From positions 20,919-84,918 of the forward strand of contig JAAXHJ010000082.1 in the NCBI GenBank assembly GCA_012270965.1: a stretch of DNA of 64,000 bases, read 5' to 3'. The notes beneath the pieces are model-generated. The model was not told the origin of the DNA, ran no database searches, and saw nothing but the letters and a program-made list of their open reading frames with translations. Below, one piece after another: positions 56,483 through 64,000 of this stretch (positions are counted from its first letter, which is position 1; the number at the start of each line of letters is the position of its first letter). The position numbers were made by a program, and so were the translations under genes. This stretch comes from Candidatus Palauibacter poriticola (lineage in GTDB: Bacteria; Gemmatimonadota; Gemmatimonadetes; Palauibacterales; Palauibacteraceae).

Positions 56483-56763
56483 CCCCGACCGGGCCAGCAC
56501 GTACCGAGACGGCGATTTCCCTGCCGGACGAACTGTTCGCCTCGGCCGACGCCCTCGCCATGCGGCTGGGAGTCTCCCGAAGCGAACTCTACGCGACCGC
56601 GGTGGCCGAGTACGTGGCGAAACACCGCAGCGAGGAGGTCACCGCACGGCTGAATGCCGTGTACGCCGACCTCGCCAGCGGAGTCGATCCCGGCCTCCGC
56701 CGGGCACAGGTCCGGTCCGTCGCCGCCTCCGCCACGCCCGAAATGGAAATACCAGTCAAATAA
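56479..56763 (+). CDS. Ribbon-helix-helix (CopG/Arc/MetJ-like) DNA-binding protein
   Basis: The GTG start overlaps the oxidase stop (GTGA). 'ISLPDELFASADALAMRLGVSRSELYATAVAEYVA' fits the RHH beta-strand plus two helices. Confidence 0.45.
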   Translation: MTPTGPARTETAISLPDELFASADALAMRLGVSRSELYATAVAEYVAKHRSEEVTARLNAVYADLASGVDPGLRRAQVRSVAASATPEMEIPVK

Positions 56764-56916
56764 ACATCTCGTGACATGTCAACGAGTTACGAAGATTGCG
56801 CCCGATCCGGCGGATTCCCAGTGAAATAAACGGCGGTGGTTTCGGAGCCTGCGGCGACCCCCGAACGACCGATCCCAACCGGCATGCGGACCGCCGAGTG
56901 AGCGGCGCGATCTCGC

Positions 56917-57395
56917 TCACGACCCCGCCCAAAACGGCAGGTACCGCCGCGCCCGGGGACCCGTCTCGGGATCCGCGACCACGATCAGCCCCTTGTTCAC
57001 GGTATCGGCGAGGATGCGGGATGCCATCGAGGCGTTCCTGTCGACGATCCCGAAAAACGCACCCGCAGCGAGAAGTTCGTCATGGGCTGCTGGGTCACGT
57101 AACGAAGGCAGGCATGCATGTAACACGCGTGAAGCCGCTCTTGGCGGTCCATCTCGCGCAGCCGCTTGTGGGCGAACAGGATGGCACGCGTGAAACCCGG
57201 TGGCCGCTCGAAGACGGGGGCTGGAAGCACGTAGCTCTCCACGGCGTGAACGACCTTGTCGATGCCGGTACCGCGCTCCTCGCAGATGTTCAGGCGGCGC
57301 ATGTTCAGAGCCCCGTGCGATCCTCCCCTCGCCCTGTCGGCGTCCCCCACACGGGGTCTCCGCGTGGCCTGCGGCACGCCGGATCGCCGCCACAT
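56917..57395 (-). pseudogene. Decayed C-terminal remnant of an HATPase_c_4-type (RecG-C-terminal-like) regulator
   Basis: Frame A carries 'LNICEERGTGIDKVVHAVESYVLPAPVFE...'. Frame B carries the tail 'IVDRNASMASRILADTVNKGLIVVADPETG...YLPFWA'. There is no N-terminal ATPase/AlbA part, and the two pieces are split by a frameshift. Confidence 0.4.
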
Positions 57396-57410
57396 GCACA
57401 GGCCGCGGGC

Positions 57411-57475
57411 GATACCGGCGGCGAGCGATACCCGGCGGCGAGCAATACCCGGCGGCGAGCGATGCCGGTGGGTAT
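57411..57475. repeat. Tandem 17-bp repeats (GATACCCGGCGGCGAGC, about 3.5 copies)
   Basis: The intergenic sequence reads 'gataccggcggcgagc gatacccggcggcgagc aatacccggcggcgagc gatgccggtgggtatcg'. It lies upstream of the amidohydrolase gene. Confidence 0.7.
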
Positions 57476-57599
57476 CGGGCCGGCGGGGCGTGGCGGGAGG
57501 CGGTGCCGTTGCCCGTCGTAGCGGCGAGGAGCATGATGCTGGAGCCGTCGAACCCCGGCCCGTGAATGATCCACGGCCACGTCGCGAAAGGACGCCTCG

Positions 57600-59051
57600 A
57601 TGATCGCCGCCCGTCTCCGCCGCACCCCGCTTCTCGCTCTCGTCGCGACCATCGCGTGCCTCGCGGCCGGCTTGCCCTCCGGCGCTCGGGCGCAGGAGGA
57701 ACCGATGGAGAGCTTCATCGCGGTGCAGGCGCCGACGGTCGCGCTCACCAACGTCAAGGTGATCGACGGAACCGGCGGGCCCGCCCGCGACGGCCAGACG
57801 ATCGTCATCCGGGACGGCCGCATCGCGGACATCGGGCCCGCGGAAGAGGTGGCGGACCGGATCCGGAACGCGCGGGTCTTGGATCTAGCGGGCCATACCG
57901 TCATTCCGGGTCTCATCGGGCTCCACAACCACAGCTACTACACGGGCGGGAACGGACGGGCGGCGCAGCTCTCCTTCTCGGGGTCTCGGCTCTACCTCGC
58001 GTCCGGCGTGACGACGATCCGGACGACGGGCGCGCGGGCACCGTACGAAGAGATCAACCTCAAGCGCGCGATCGACGAGGGCCGCGCCATCGGTCCCAAC
58101 ATGTTCACGACCGGTCCCTACCTTACGGGGCAGGAGGGCTCGCGGACGATGGCCCAGCTCGAGGGGCCGGAGCAGGCGCGGCGGCTCGTCCGCTACTGGG
58201 CCGAGGAGGGCGTGCCTTGGTTCAAGGCGTACACCTGGATCAGCCGCGAGGAACTCGGGGCGGCGATCGACGAGGCGCACCGCCACGGCGTGAAGGTGAC
58301 GGCCCACCTCTGCTCGGTCGGATACCGGGAGGCGGTGGCGCTCGGGATCGACAACCTCGAGCACGGCCTGCTTGCCAACAGCGAGTACTTCCCGGGGAAG
58401 GAGCCGGACGACTGCCCGTCGGGGTTCCGGAACGGCTACGCCGACCTCGACGTGAACTCCGAGGAGGTGCGGGAAACGTTCCGCATGATGATCGAGAACG
58501 ACGTCGCGATGACCTCCACGCTGGCCGTGTACGAGATCTCGGTGCCGGGACGGGGTCCGATCGACGAGCGCGTCTACGACATCCTCGCGCCCGAAATCGC
58601 GACGGAGGTGCGGGAGATCGCGGACCTGCGGCGCAACGCGACCCTCGATTCCGGGATCGGGATCCACCCCGACGTTTACCGGAAGGCGCTCGAGTACGAG
58701 CACGCCTTCGTGCGGGCGGGAGGGACGCTCGCGGCCGGGGTCGACCCGACGGGGTACGGCGCGGCGCCCCCGGGTTACGGCGACCAGAAGAACTACGAAC
58801 TGCTGCTCGAGGCCGGGTTCACGCCCGCCGAGGTCGTCCGGATCATGAGCGCGAACGGCGCCAGGGTGCTCGGTATCGACGACGAAACGGGGACGATCGA
58901 AGTCGGCAAGGTCGCGGACCTCGTCGTGCTGGAGGGAGACCCGGAGGCGGACCGCCACATCCGAGAGACCCGCATCGTGTTCAAGGGCGGCGTGGGATGG
59001 GACGCCCCCAAGCTCATCGAGTCGATCCGCGGCATCGTAGGCATCCGCTGA
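57600..59051 (+). CDS. Amidohydrolase-family secreted metallo-hydrolase
   Basis: A signal peptide precedes 'IPGLIGLHNHSYY', 'VKVTAHLCS' and 'VGKVADLVVLEGDP', which is the PF01979-type fold. Confidence 0.85.
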   Translation: MIAARLRRTPLLALVATIACLAAGLPSGARAQEEPMESFIAVQAPTVALTNVKVIDGTGGPARDGQTIVIRDGRIADIGPAEEVADRIRNARVLDLAGHTVIPGLIGLHNHSYYTGGNGRAAQLSFSGSRLYLASGVTTIRTTGARAPYEEINLKRAIDEGRAIGPNMFTTGPYLTGQEGSRTMAQLEGPEQARRLVRYWAEEGVPWFKAYTWISREELGAAIDEAHRHGVKVTAHLCSVGYREAVALGIDNLEHGLLANSEYFPGKEPDDCPSGFRNGYADLDVNSEEVRETFRMMIENDVAMTSTLAVYEISVPGRGPIDERVYDILAPEIATEVREIADLRRNATLDSGIGIHPDVYRKALEYEHAFVRAGGTLAAGVDPTGYGAAPPGYGDQKNYELLLEAGFTPAEVVRIMSANGARVLGIDDETGTIEVGKVADLVVLEGDPEADRHIRETRIVFKGGVGWDAPKLIESIRGIVGIR

Positions 59052-59174
59052 TGACCAGGAGTGGAGACACGGCACCAACGACGTTCATCGAGGACGTGAG
59101 CCCGTTTCTGGCGGCTTGCCCCGGTCCGCCCTTGGCTGCGAAGGGACTGCGGATCGCCGCCCTGCAACCGGTCG

Positions 59175-59573
59175 ATGGTATCCCCGGTTTGTGTATCAAT
59201 ACTCGTAACATCATTGGTGTCAATCCATTACACAAAACATGGGGGGGGGGGGCGATATCTTCGGACGGTCATCGACATAGCCGCACGGCTGAATTGCCGA
59301 CCGCAATACTTGTCGGATACGGCGAGACGGCACAACTACCACTATTCGCACGCCCTTCGGTGGATCCGGTTCCTGCACTTGGTCGCGCTGAAGGCGGAGG
59401 GCTTCCCGACCGACCGGACGCTGTGGCCGCTGGGTTTCAGCGACCCGGGGGGAGTGACCCGCTTCGTCAAGGCGCTCCATGGCCGCACGCTGAGCGAACT
59501 CCCGCCGGACCCCCTCCGCCGTTGGGTTCCGCGCGGCATCGTCGATGTGTTTCTGGGCGGCGCCGGTTCGTGA
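59175..59573 (+). CDS. Stand-alone or truncated AraC-family HTH domain protein containing a G12 homopolymer
   Basis: 'TVIDIAARLNCRPQYLSDTARRHNYHYSHALRWIRFLHLVALKAEGFPTDRTLWPLGFSDPGGVTRFVKALHGRTLSEL' is a complete AraC-type dual HTH. No sensor domain is present. The Gly4 codons lie inside the G12 run at 59241-59252, and the 5' region is unusually GC-poor. Confidence 0.45.
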   Translation: MVSPVCVSILVTSLVSIHYTKHGGGGRYLRTVIDIAARLNCRPQYLSDTARRHNYHYSHALRWIRFLHLVALKAEGFPTDRTLWPLGFSDPGGVTRFVKALHGRTLSELPPDPLRRWVPRGIVDVFLGGAGS

Positions 59574-59878
59574 CGCATAGCCGCGTGTCTCGGGACGTAC
59601 CGGGGTGAATTGCGCCCCCGGTTCTTTGACATCTGTTCAGCACGACCGGGGTTTGCCGAGAAGGGAGTGCCGTCGATTCGGCGCGCGTGCGAAATCGAAA
59701 CCGGCGAAACAACAAGGCGCGACACCCGCATCCTACCCAGCTTCCCTTCCTACCATGTGCTGCGCCGTTTTGGCGCACTACGTCAAACGTCAGCGGTGCG
59801 ACGAACTCCTCCGTCGGGCGGGCCAGGGGGGGCGGATCGTGTCGATGGCGCTGTCTCACGAACCGCACGGGAGGGAAA

Positions 59879-60463
59879 ATGGCAAAACGGTTTTCACTTC
59901 ACAGTTTGGTTGCCGCACTAGCGGCAATCTCGCTGGTCTCCGTGGCTTGCGCCGATTCCACCCCCCAGGGGCCAGGCGCGTTCGAAGAAGAGCCTACTTT
60001 CGTGACGGCACCTCTGATCGGCGGTGTGGCTTGCGAAGCTCCAAGCGAGCCGGGGGCGGGACCGATGGCCGGTTGCTTCTGGGAGGGACTGGCGACGGCC
60101 GCCGCTCTGGCGAAATGTGGAGGTTCCGTTTCGACGTTGCTGGCGGTTGTCGGAGGTACTGGGGGGGCGGCGGCACCCGGCGCAGTCGCAGCCGCAGTGT
60201 GGGTGCAAGCGTGGTGCGTTGGCGCAGCCGCCGCTGTTGGCAAATTCTTGCAATGCCTCGGGTTCGCGGACGTGGGCTCTCCTCCCAGTGGAGCTGGCCC
60301 CTTGACGGACAATCACCCGCTACGGATGTTGCAAATCCGCGCTCAGGAGTATGTGTCCGAGTACGACGAAATCGCGGACCGTTTCAACGAGGCTGTTGAA
60401 GAATACAACTTGGGTGTTGAGAAACTGGAGCTGATCGGTGATGCCCCAATGATTGTGCGTTAG
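59879..60463 (+). CDS. Cys-rich, Gly/Ala-rich lipoprotein, hypothetical
   Basis: A GGAGGG RBS precedes the lipoprotein signal 'MAKRFSLHSLVAALAAISLVSVACADS'. Six further Cys residues follow, with a C-terminal acidic helix. Confidence 0.5.
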   Translation: MAKRFSLHSLVAALAAISLVSVACADSTPQGPGAFEEEPTFVTAPLIGGVACEAPSEPGAGPMAGCFWEGLATAAALAKCGGSVSTLLAVVGGTGGAAAPGAVAAAVWVQAWCVGAAAAVGKFLQCLGFADVGSPPSGAGPLTDNHPLRMLQIRAQEYVSEYDEIADRFNEAVEEYNLGVEKLELIGDAPMIVR

Positions 60464-60468
60464 CGAAG

Positions 60469-60741
60469 ATGGCGATGATATCGTGGGACATGTTGGCGAT
60501 AGGGATGGGACTGCTGTCTCTGGTCGAAGTCGCCGTGTTTTTTGGGGCGTGGCGATGGCCTTGGAAGCCGTCCGGCCGCAGTATTTTCCTGTCGGCGTTC
60601 GCCACGTTCTGCGCGGCGATGGCGGCGAATCCGTCTTGGGTTGTGGTTGTGGAGCCGACGGTGTGGGTTGCTCTGCTTGTCGTGAGTGTCGTTATGTGGA
60701 CACGCGTGCTGCGCCACGCACGCAAGCACGCCGGCAAGTAG
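60469..60741 (+). CDS. Small 3-TM membrane protein, hypothetical
   Basis: The ATG lies 6 nt after the lipoprotein stop. The 90 aa protein has three hydrophobic helices. Confidence 0.45.
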   Translation: MAMISWDMLAIGMGLLSLVEVAVFFGAWRWPWKPSGRSIFLSAFATFCAAMAANPSWVVVVEPTVWVALLVVSVVMWTRVLRHARKHAGK

Positions 60742-60756
60742 GGTGGCGGCACCCGG

Positions 60757-60935
60757 GTGCCAGGGATCGGCGACGAAACGGGTACGATCAAGGTCGGCAA
60801 GGTCGCGGCTCTCCTCGAGGGAGACCCTGAGGCGGACGGCCCCATCCGCGCGACGCGCATCGTGTTCAAGGAAGGCGGTGGTTGGGGCGTGCGGAAGCTG
60901 ATCGACTCGGTTCGAGGCATTGTCGGCATCCGGTA
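60757..60935 (+). pseudogene. Diverged duplicate of the 3' end (last ~59 codons) of an amidohydrolase gene
   Basis: It encodes 'GIGDETGTIKVGKVAALLEGDPEADGPIRATRIVFKEGGGWGVRKLIDSVRGIVGIR*'. Compare the C-terminus of the 57600..59051 product, 'GIDDETGTIEVGKVADLVVLEGDPEADRHIRETRIVFKGGVGWDAPKLIESIRGIVGIR*', which is about 80% identical at the nucleotide level. No upstream gene body is present. Confidence 0.6.
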
Positions 60936-62061
60936 GCCGCAATGGCCCATGCCCTTCCTCGACGCTCTCGCGGCTGATCCTGGGTGGACTGCTCCTTTTG
61001 GGCTGCCAGCCGCAAGATGAGGCGGAACCAGACATCGGTCGACGGGCCGAGACCGTAGCCGAGGAGTCTCGGATCGCGAAAGGGCCCGCCCGTACTCTCT
61101 CCCCCCGAACCATGCTGGCCATCCCCGACACGACGCCGGGGTCGGAGTGGCTGAACGTCGTTCTGGACATGCGGTACGATGCGGCGACGGGCACGCTTTT
61201 CACGCTGGACAGGATGGGCGGGAAAGTGGCCGAAGTGGACACGCTGGGGACGTTGGTCCGCACCTACGGCGGGGGGCGCGGCCAAGGGCCGATGAGGTGC
61301 GCGACTTGACCGATTACAGCTACTCACGGGCCTCAGTGGTCTTCCTCGACCGGGGCAACACGAAGGTGCTGGTCTTTCCGCGCCGGGGGTCGCGCGTGAC
61401 GCAGTTCCCGGTCCCGGCGGCCTACCGCAGCATCGCCTTGGCGGCGGATGAGACGGTATTGCTGGTGCCGGGTACGGGCGCTCATGCGGTGGACGTGTAT
61501 TCGGCCGCGGGCGACCCCGTGGGCGGCATCGGCGCCTTCGAGGAACTCCCCGTGCGCTGCGCTCCCAACGAGGACTGCGAGCGGACTCGCCGCCAGTGTA
61601 TGGGCTGCGTCGTGCGGGTGCTCGGGGACGCCGTCCTGGTCATGAACACGGAGCTGGATCTGATGACCGTATTCGCCGGCGAAGGACGTCCGGCGCGCTC
61701 GCTGGACCTTCGGGCGCGCCTCGCGCGGCTGCGGGAGTGGATCGCGACGGACGAGCCCCTGTTGGCCCGCATGCAGGAACGCGCCGACGCGCGCTCCAGT
61801 GGAGCGACGGTGCCCGTCGTTCTCAAGAGCTACTTCAACAATGTCCACGCCTCCCCGGATGGGCGGCTAGCTTTCTCGGTCAAGCCCGCCAGCCCGGTGC
61901 TCCAGTCGTCGGGCTACCAGTATTCGCTGCTGGACGTCGAGACTCTGGAGGTGGAGAGCGTCGGGTTCAGTGACCATTCGCACGGCCTTCGTGCGACGGG
62001 CTGGCAGACCGTGTTCGGGGTCCAGCGGGGCACCTACGCGATCTACCGCTTTCAAGACTGA
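60920..62061 (+). pseudogene. Lipoprotein gene (beta-propeller-like C-terminal part) interrupted by a frameshift at a G6 tract
   Basis: Frame A (60920..61309) encodes the lipoprotein signal 'LSRLILGGLLLLGC' and the N-terminus. Frame C (to 62061) encodes a roughly 260 aa C-terminal body. Adding one G to the run at 61271-61276 fuses the two into a single ~380 aa ORF. Confidence 0.5.
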
Positions 62062-62287
62062 CCGGCCTCGAGTTCGCCGGCTCCCACTCCGCGACTTCGC
62101 TGGCTCCCACTTCGTCGATTCACTGGAGCCCAAGGCCCAAGCCCGTCCGCATCTTGGCGAGTTGCTCAAGGTATGTCGCGGAACAAGCGCGTGCGTACCT
62201 TCCACGTTTCGAGCGACCGTTTCGATCGGAGTCGGGGTGGGTTTGATCGTGGGATGGCGGATGTTCGTGGATCGCGGCAGAGGCCGG

Positions 62288-63511
62288 GGGATGCCGGCGC
62301 GGCGACGCGGCGTGCGTGGTGGGGCCGTGTGGCTGGTGTGCGTCTGGGTGGCCGCGGGAGCGGTCGTTGCTCCCCCTTCCGCCACGGCCCAGATCACGGC
62401 GGCCGATTCCGCGGCCGTCCTCGTCGCGACCGCCACCGACATCGAGGCGCGCGGCGAGCTTGAGGTCGCCCGATGGCTGTACGAAGAGGTCATCCGGCGC
62501 TACCCCGGCACGCCGGGCGCGGAGTTGGCCCGGACTCGGCTGGAAGGGTTGGGTGCGAGGGCGGGCCCGATGTCGGCGAGGCTGACGCCGGGCGTCGCTC
62601 CGCAGGACCGGCGCGGCGATACGGAGTTTCGGGTCTGGTCGACGCTCTACGGGCTGTGGCTGGGCGTCGCGGTGCCGATCTTGGCGGACGCTGAGGGTTC
62701 CGAGCCGTACGGTGCCGGTCTTCTGCTCGGCGGGCCGGTGGGTTACTTGGCCGGCCGTGTTTTTTTGCGCTCCCTCACGGTGGGACGGGCGCGCACGATC
62801 AGTTGGGCCGGCACGTGGGGCACTTGGCAGGGCGTGGGCTGGGCGCACGCGCTGGAGCTGGGTGCCGATCCGGGCTGCAAGCACTGCGAACCGGGGGAGA
62901 AGGAGGTCGTGACCGCGGCACTGGCCGGCGGACTGGCCGGTATCGTCGCGAGCGGCCTCCTCTCGCGCGACATCACTGAGGGTACCGCCGCGTCGATGTA
63001 TCTGGGCAGCCTGTGGGGGACGTGGTTCGGCCTCGGGGGAGCGGCCGCGCTGGATCTGGACGACGAGGCGATGTGGGCGACCACGCTGCTCGTGGGCAAC
63101 GCGGGCTTGGTCGCCGGAGCCCTGGCCGGGAGCAGGCTCGACCTGTCCTCCCGCCGCGCGCACATGAGCAGCCTCGGAGGTCTGATCGGCGGTTTCGGCG
63201 GGGTCGGCATCGTGCTCATCGCGAAGCCGCGCGGCACCGGCGCCGAGTTCGGGATTCCGCTTGCGACGAGTCTCGCGGGTCTGGGCCTGGGGGTTCTGCT
63301 GACCTCGCAGGACGACGGCGCGCCGGAAGGAGAGTCGAGCGCGGCCCGGACGCGAGCCGGTTCGTTGTCGCCGGCCCTCTTGAACTGGTCGAATGGAGCA
63401 CGATTCGAGGTCGGCCTGCCGATGCCGTTCCCGACGACCGTCCTCGATCCGGGACGGAACGGACGGCGGCACACCGCTTGGAACGTCCCGCTCCTCCGCC
63501 TTCGCTTCTGA
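62288..63511 (+). CDS. Hypothetical secreted/membrane protein with glycine-zipper-like segments
   Basis: A signal peptide 'MPARRRGVRGGAVWLVCVWVAAGAVVAPPSATAQ' is followed by a helical N-terminal region. Several Gly-rich hydrophobic segments follow ('GLLLGGPVGYLAG', 'LAGGLAGIVASGLL', 'GLGGAAAL'). The protein ends in '...LRLRF'. The start was chosen among in-frame Met codons and is uncertain. Confidence 0.45.
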   Translation, partial: GMPARRRGVRGGAVWLVCVWVAAGAVVAPPSATAQITAADSAAVLVATATDIEARGELEVARWLYEEVIRRYPGTPGAELARTRLEGLGARAGPMSARLTPGVAPQDRRGDTEFRVWSTLYGLWLGVAVPILADAEGSEPYGAGLLLGGPVGYLAGRVFLRSLTVGRARTISWAGTWGTWQGVGWAHALELGADPGCKHCEPGEKEVVTAALAGGLAGIVASGLLSRDITEGTAASMYLGSLWGTWFGLGGAAALDLDDEAMWATTLLVGNAGLVAGALAGSRLDLSSRRAHMSSLGGLIGGFGGVGIVLIAKPRGTGAEFGIPLATSLAGLGLGVLLTSQDDGAPEGESSAARTRAGSLSPALLNWSNGARFEVGLPMPFPTTVLDPGRNGRRHTAWNVPLLRLRF

Positions 63512-63516
63512 AGCGA

Positions 63517-64000
63517 ATGCCGGACCGTCCGCTAAGAGACCGCGTGGCCGTCGTCGCCGGAGCGACGCGCGGCGCCGGGCGCGGCATCGCCCGCATGCTC
63601 GGCGCGGCGGGTGGCACCGTCTATTGCACCGGCCGCAGCGTCCGGGGCCGTCCCGCCACGCCGGGCCGGCCCGAGACGTTGGAGGAAACTGCGGAGCTGG
63701 TAACGTCGGAGGGCGGTGTGGGGATCGCCGTCCGCACCGACCACACCGTCGAGCCAGAGGTCGAGCAACTCTTCGCCCGCGTCTGCGCCGAGGCGGGTCG
63801 GCTCGATGTTCTCGTGAACGACATCTGGGGCGGGGACGCGCTGACCGAGTGGGGAAAGCCCTTCTGGGAACTCTCCACCGCACAGGGCCGGCAGATGCTG
63901 GAGCGCGCCGTCCACAGCCACATCATCACGAGCCGGCACGGCGTTCCGCTGATGATCGAGCGCAACGCGGGCCTCGTCGTCGAGGTCACCGACGGCGATA
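63517..64000 (+). CDS. Short-chain dehydrogenase/reductase (SDR) family protein, partial (continues past window end)
   Basis: 'RVAVVAGATRGAGRGIARMLGAAGGTVYCTGR' is an SDR Rossmann TGxxxGxG-type motif and 'LDVLVNDIWGG' an NNAG-like motif. There is no stop within the window, so the ORF track does not list it. Confidence 0.75.
   Translation, partial: MPDRPLRDRVAVVAGATRGAGRGIARMLGAAGGTVYCTGRSVRGRPATPGRPETLEETAELVTSEGGVGIAVRTDHTVEPEVEQLFARVCAEAGRLDVLVNDIWGGDALTEWGKPFWELSTAQGRQMLERAVHSHIITSRHGVPLMIERNAGLVVEVTDGD

Noticed and set aside
54548-56500. 650 aa minus-strand ORF antisense to the multicopper oxidase gene, and ORF 54391..56763+ upstream part
   Set aside because: The oxidase frame carries all four copper-ligand motifs. 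Only the final 94 codons of the +1 frame ORF, the RHH protein, are considered real.
23886-61276. Interpreting the G11/G12/G6 homopolymers as proven phase-variation switches
   Set aside because: Both candidate frameshifts would be repaired by exactly +1 G. This is also the signature of systematic homopolymer undercalling in an assembly, and it cannot be distinguished from sequence alone.
1-64000. CRISPR arrays, rRNA or tRNA genes, and intact transposases or integrases
   Set aside because: No regularly spaced identical repeats with unique spacers were seen. There are no rRNA-like conserved blocks, no foldable tRNA, and no recognisable transposase or integrase ORF.

Overview
This 64 kb window is very GC-rich (roughly 70%) bacterial chromosomal DNA. 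Gene content and frequent GTG/TTG starts suggest a Gemmatimonadota-like or similar high-GC Gram-negative genome; that is inference only. Coding density is high, and many gene pairs are joined by GTGA/ATGA/TTGA stop-start overlaps. Long spurious antisense ORFs are common because of the GC bias.

The main features, in order:
- 1-6.7 kb, minus strand: rsgA 5' part (gene runs off the window), then a complete SUF Fe-S assembly operon sufC-sufB-sufD-Rieske-sufS-sufU. A Fur-box-like palindrome lies in its upstream region.
- 6.9-9.7 kb, plus strand: a zinc-type alcohol dehydrogenase and FAD glycerol-3-phosphate dehydrogenase.
- 9.7-44.7 kb: a long run of secreted or outer-membrane proteins. These include a DUF3179-like lipoprotein, a CBM9/DUF5916 protein, a TonB-dependent receptor, an S1 protease, three amidohydrolases, a 1283-aa CRTAC1/ASPIC FG-GAP protein, a 1086-aa BNR/VPS10-like protein and an M14 carboxypeptidase. 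Also present are a DUF3311-SSS transporter operon, DinB-family proteins, a creatininase, and a blaR1-blaI signal-transducer/repressor pair with a candidate operator.
- 44.8-49.5 kb: a compact glycan-modification locus with two GalT-like GT2 glycosyltransferases, a SULT-type sulfotransferase, a GT2-sulfotransferase fusion and a small hendecad-repeat membrane protein.
- 49.6-52.2 kb: a full-length C5 cytosine methyltransferase homolog whose catalytic PCQ cysteine is replaced by Arg, a Cys-rich 188-aa protein and a rhodanese lipoprotein.
- 52.2-56.8 kb: an FG-GAP protein, msrB, a multicopper oxidase and a coupled RHH protein.
- 56.8-64 kb: a decayed HATPase_c_4 regulator remnant, an amidohydrolase, and a roughly 1.7 kb insert carrying an AraC-HTH ORF with a G12 tract, a Cys-rich lipoprotein and a small 3-TM protein. 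This is followed by a diverged duplicate of the amidohydrolase 3' end, a lipoprotein gene frameshifted at a G6 tract, a Gly-zipper membrane protein and a partial SDR.

Throughout the window, intergenic regions carry short tandem repeats (15-23 bp units), long G homopolymers and a few AT-rich palindromic boxes. No rRNA, tRNA or CRISPR was recognised.
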